Of a stretch of 64,000 nt of DNA, positions 59,317-64,000 are shown one piece after another (position 1 is the first letter of the stretch; every line of letters begins with the position of its first letter). Position numbers and translations under genes: made by a program. The notes beneath the pieces are model-generated. The model searched no databases. It was not told where the DNA came from and saw only the letters and a program-made list of their open reading frames with translations. Source of the DNA: Octopus vulgaris. Taxonomy: Eukaryota. Location of the stretch: positions 27,714,001-27,778,000 of the forward strand of contig OX597825.1 in the NCBI GenBank assembly GCA_951406725.2, written 5' to 3'.

Positions 59317-59369
<53 letters not shown>

Positions 59370-59800
59370 GTACTGATGTAGGCGTCCATGTTGAGTCTAA
59401 GTTGTGTTGGAACAGGAATGGAGGTATAACGTCGTCAAAACTAGTGATCACTACAAACACCATGATGTTGACTAGTAGCTTGATTTTTTTCACCCTTGAT
59501 ACATGTGATATTGCACAATCCTCAGGTTGACACCCAAACAATTTGTACGTTCGCATTGAAGCTTCCGGCACGAATGCCAAGCAGTAATGCATGCCGTTTA
59601 CAAATTTCTGGCAGCGTGAATTGCGTCAAAGTGCTGCTTTACACACAGCCGGTGCCCAAATGACTTTACTATACTGTGTAGTCGACGAAATATACAAAAA
59701 AAAAACCTGAAGTAATACAATTTGCTTTGGCCACTACGGGAGCTATGCAATGTCTGACATGATTAACTAGGAGGTCATAGTCTTTTTCTTTCCCTTGGCG
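59370..59800 (-). mobile_element. Internally deleted Tc1/mariner (maT/DD37D-like) transposase remnant
   Basis: Minus frames give HALLLGIRAGS... and VSRVKKIKLLVNIMVFVVITSFDDVIPPFLF, matching the K.P..IMVFG.I.S.G..MPPF.F motif. Confidence 0.65.
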
Positions 59801-60124
59801 TTGTTCGTTTTTGCAGTCGTTCCTTCTGTTTCAAATATATTTCGCTCTTTCTTTTATATACTTATTTTTTTTATGTTACGACAAGAATTCTCAAATAAGG
59901 AAACAGATATACACTATAAAGCATTACATCTTCATTATATATTATATATATATATATATATGCATTATTTATATATATGTATGTATATATATATATATAT
60001 GTATGGATATATATATATATACACGCACGTCTCTATCTATCTATATCTATATATATATATATGTATATATATACGTACATTTATATGCTAATATATACTT
60101 ATATATATATATATACAAACACAG

Positions 60125-60219
<95 letters not shown>

Positions 60220-60972
60220 GTATATATATATGTATGTATTTATGTATATATATACACTTATATGTATACTAATTGAGAGAAGGTGGGGGAATGCTTTATA
60301 GCTATAGTTCAAAATGAAATTATCGCATGAATATATCGAAACCTACATGTAATTGCATATTTCTGATGCCATGGTGAATATCTTTTGATCCTAATGGAAT
60401 AATTCGGAAAGGAAAAAAAAAGATCAATATGACGGCACTTTTTATATGTGTATATCACTAAATTGATATTTATGTTCACCTCAACAAATGTAAAATAAAG
60501 ATATATATCTATTATTTTCATAAATATGCATGCATGTACACACACACAGCCACACAACTACACACACATATATGTACACACAGACACACATACTCGTACG
60601 CGCACATAAACACGCACAAAAAATATGTCATATTTATACATATATATGTATATATATATGCATAAATATGCATATATATATACATATACATATATATGTA
60701 ATTATATGTACATACATATGTAAATATATGTGTATATAAATATAATCATATGTATATGCATATATTATATATATACATATAGGTATATATATATATATAT
60801 ACCTATATATATATATACATATATATACATATACACATATATATACATGCGTGTGTGTGAATGTATATTATGTCTTTTACAGCAGTATCGGACAATCTTA
60901 GCACCTATTTGTAGCGGTGTAGGTGTCTTCACTCCCTTAGTCACGTTTAGTTGACGACAATAATTTTTAATA

Positions 60973-61065
<93 letters not shown>

Positions 61066-61067
<2 letters not shown>

Positions 61068-61504
61068 CGGTACATCATTTGTACGATGTGGAGAATATAC
61101 CGCCAACATTGCCCAAACGACCTTAACATTAGCTTCAAGGTTCATCCAAGACTGGGACCACGGGCCATACGTCCCCTGTCCAATTCAAGATCACAGCATA
61201 CATGTACACTGCAACATAATTTCTTTTCATCAACAGGCCCTGCCCTATTTAACATTGTCCCGAGGGAGATCAAAGAGGAAAAGGATCCCATCAACTTTAA
61301 ACGGAGTCTGGAAAGATTCCTTCAAAGAATACCAGATAAGCCACCCATAATTGGATACAACTCACCCAACAAGAACTCACTACTTGAATGTACCATACAC
61401 AAAACTTGACTTAAACAGGATTCGAATAATCCTATCAAGTGGTGCTATTAAGTTAGACATCGCCTGGACCAATCTTTGGTCGAAACATATCTAAGTGTTA
61501 TCTA

Positions 61505-61510
<6 letters not shown>
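61066..61510 (+). mobile_element. CR1/L2-group LINE 3' end
   Basis: ORF 61086-61409 ...FSSTGPALFNIVPREIK...FKRSLERFLQRIPDKP..NSLLE. Has a 3' stem-loop gaccaatctttggtc and a short atctaag repeat tail, with (TA)n flanks. Confidence 0.85.
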
Positions 61511-61574
<64 letters not shown>

Positions 61575-61579
61575 CATAT

Positions 61580-61930
61580 ACGTCTGGAAGATCCTTGTTC
61601 CAAACTTTGTTATCGAGAGTTACACAAGGACTGAAAATTTGCCATCAAGATGTAGGACACGATATACAATAACCTGGGCTTCAGAGGTCCACAGCTCTTC
61701 AACATCCTCCCGGTGGATGTATGTGTGTTCAAAATAAAGCTGGACCTCTTATTGACATATTTCCCACATGAACCAACTTCGCGGCAGGAGGTGCAGATAA
61801 TGGAATCTGCATTAAACTCCCTCTTGCACCAAATGTCAAAAGATTTCATGAAGTAAAATTATGTAGCAACACCAAATGGCGGTGCCCCAGGATGGCGACG
61901 GCTCGTAAGCTGAAACTAGATAAAAGAAAT
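61580..61930 (+). mobile_element. Second CR1/L2-group LINE 3' end; tail shared with SINE family A
   Basis: YVWKIL..PNF / GFRGPQLFNILP / FKIKLDLLL..PHEP..NSLLHQM. 3' end ggcggtgccccaggatggcgacggctcgtaagctgaaactagataaaag. A tail-only copy lies at ~62092-62133. Confidence 0.82.
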
Positions 61931-62738
61931 ATATACATATAGTTTCACATGAAAATGGTACTTAAGTTGAGGCACCAGAATTTAGCACGGTATTATCCAC
62001 ATAATTTCAAAATAAGGTGATTAAAATCAAAATAGGAAACAAGGATCCTTGTTGCTTAATTTGATTATAAATATATATACATATATATATGCTTGGCCAC
62101 AGCTCGTGAGCTGAAACTAGAATCAATCAATCATATATATATGCCTATTTGTAACCCTTTGATAAATGGTGTAGTATGATTGGAAATTTTCTGATCGTAG
62201 TGGCTGCTTTCATTTCATTGTTATTACAAATAGTATATTTTGTTTCTGAACATTAGCGTTACATCGCAAAAGGTAGTTACTGTTTAAATTTCTTGAAATA
62301 TGTAATTACGTTTCGTAACGAATGCATAGAGAGGTTGTCCTCAACGTTTCCGCGTGAGACTAAATAAATCCAAATGTTGTTACTGAAGAGTCAGCCAAAC
62401 AATCATCGTCATCCTTGCTAAAGTTTACGGTGTACATATAGCACTACCAACTATATATCTGTGGCAGAAACGGATAATTCCATTCTGACATCAAGACCAT
62501 AATGTCTCGATCCTCCCCCCCCCCCTTGTATGTTTTTCTTGGAAGACGTGGACGCTTCTCTTTGCCTCCACCTCGTCCAATTCTTACCCATTGCAGAGTT
62601 AATTTAGTGGTACGATTATACCTATTTCTTTACATCGAGAATAACGAGGTTCAATAGCATTTACTGATTCATATAAGATTTTAATGGACGAATTCATTAA
62701 ATTATGGTTTTATTATTTTATTATTATAAGGCCACTTC

Positions 62739-62740
<2 letters not shown>

Positions 62741-62821
<81 letters not shown>

Positions 62822-62863
62822 AAGAAGAAGAAGAAGAAGAAGAAGAAGAAGAAGAAGAAGAAG
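62741..62863. repeat. (AAT)n(AAG)n compound microsatellite
   Basis: Directly visible. Confidence 0.95.
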
Positions 62864-63865
62864 ATTTTTTTAGGGATTACAATAAGATTCTTAAGATAAC
62901 AGTAACGGCTTTTCCGTCTTCAGAGATGTGTTCTGCTATTCACTGAATGTCTGCAACTAATGCACATACCTTAGCTCTGTTAGTGAAGTGAATAATATCA
63001 GTCTTGTTGCTTCCTTATATATTCCCTTTTATACACGCCTATGCCCATCGTGTAGATATTCGCAGTTTTGTCCGCTGGGAAATGCATTTTGTTTCAGCAT
63101 TTAATGGTTTTTTTTTTTATACTATGTCCTTTACACTGATTTGTATATACCAGAATATAGCTGGGTTTTTTTCATTCTACAACACCCTTTTGTGGTTTAT
63201 GCATATAGAGCATGTTATCTATTAACATTTAATAATCCTTGCATAACTTCCACTATATGTAAGTCCCAATTCAGTAATTCATGGAGAAGTAATATTTCTT
63301 TGCCTAAACTGTACAGCTAGAGACAACATGTTAAATTTTCTTTTTCCCCATCTTCAAGTGTTCCACAAATATTTGGTGTAATTCTGCTTCATTACACGCG
63401 ATTAATGTTTTCCGGTATGAAGACTTTGGGGATTACTTGATTACAGCATAACACCAGTCTCTAATTAGGGTCTTGTGAGTGCTTGCAACATTCACTCAGT
63501 TTAGAAATTAACATTTAAATTAACATTTAACCTTCTTCGCAAATCCCGTTGTGAATACAGAATTTTTTCTTTAACAGAGCAGGCATTGCTTTGTATTACG
63601 TTAGCTCCCTGGAAGGTAGAAAACAATTTCATTTTTTGTTCTGTCAGTGCTTTGTAGCATGCATTAGTAATCCATTATTTTTATTGATCACTTCGATAAT
63701 CAAGCAATAAATGGTTTTAAGGGCTTAGGATTCTGCAGAAAGGAATATACACGCACACAAGCACATATACACGCACGTAAAAATGCACGCAAGAGACATA
63801 CACATGCATATACACTCATACATATATATGTATTATATATACATGATATACATACATTCATACAC

Positions 63866-63914
<49 letters not shown>

Positions 63915-64000
63915 TATAGAAATATAGATAGATATATATAAATATATATATATATATATAATATATATATATACATACATATATATATATATATATATAC

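Larger units (their letters stand above)
58873..59318 (-). mobile_element. Penelope-like fold-back mini-element with hammerheads and one-sided tail in (TA)n
   Basis: 132-bp arms 58948-59079 / 59187-59318 with one mismatch seen, a 107-bp spacer and a 75-nt tail (58873-58947). (TA)n on both sides. Confidence 0.88.

Noticed and set aside
62900-62930. Minus-strand CTGAAGA-CGG-aaaag-CCG
   Set aside because: No GAAA follows helix II.

Overview
AT-rich, microsatellite-saturated eukaryotic non-coding DNA (intron or intergenic). The repeat repertoire suggests an octopus or other coleoid cephalopod, but that is an inference. I found no convincing host exon, and almost all ORFs in the track are translations of (TA)n, (CA)n, (TAA)n or (GAA)n repeats. 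The window holds tRNA-derived SINEs of three families, CR1/L2-like and RTE-like LINE 3' ends, four R4/Dong-like (RLE) retrotransposon remnants, Tc1/mariner fragments and MITEs. The main finding is a recurrent architecture seen six times, with largely unrelated arm sequences: a fold-back inverted repeat plus a 55-100 nt tail on one side only, sitting in or next to (TA)n microsatellites. Two copies have near-perfect arms that each carry a complete type I hammerhead ribozyme (1247-1297/3150-3200 and 58980-59057/59209-59286). A third copy has a variant-core hammerhead fold, and five of the six tails end in a shared CCC...AA motif. Solo hammerheads lie at 32153-32198 and 38738-38780. This is best read as a diverse set of TA-targeting, Penelope-like-derived, ribozyme-bearing fold-back elements. 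All alignments and folds were done by eye.
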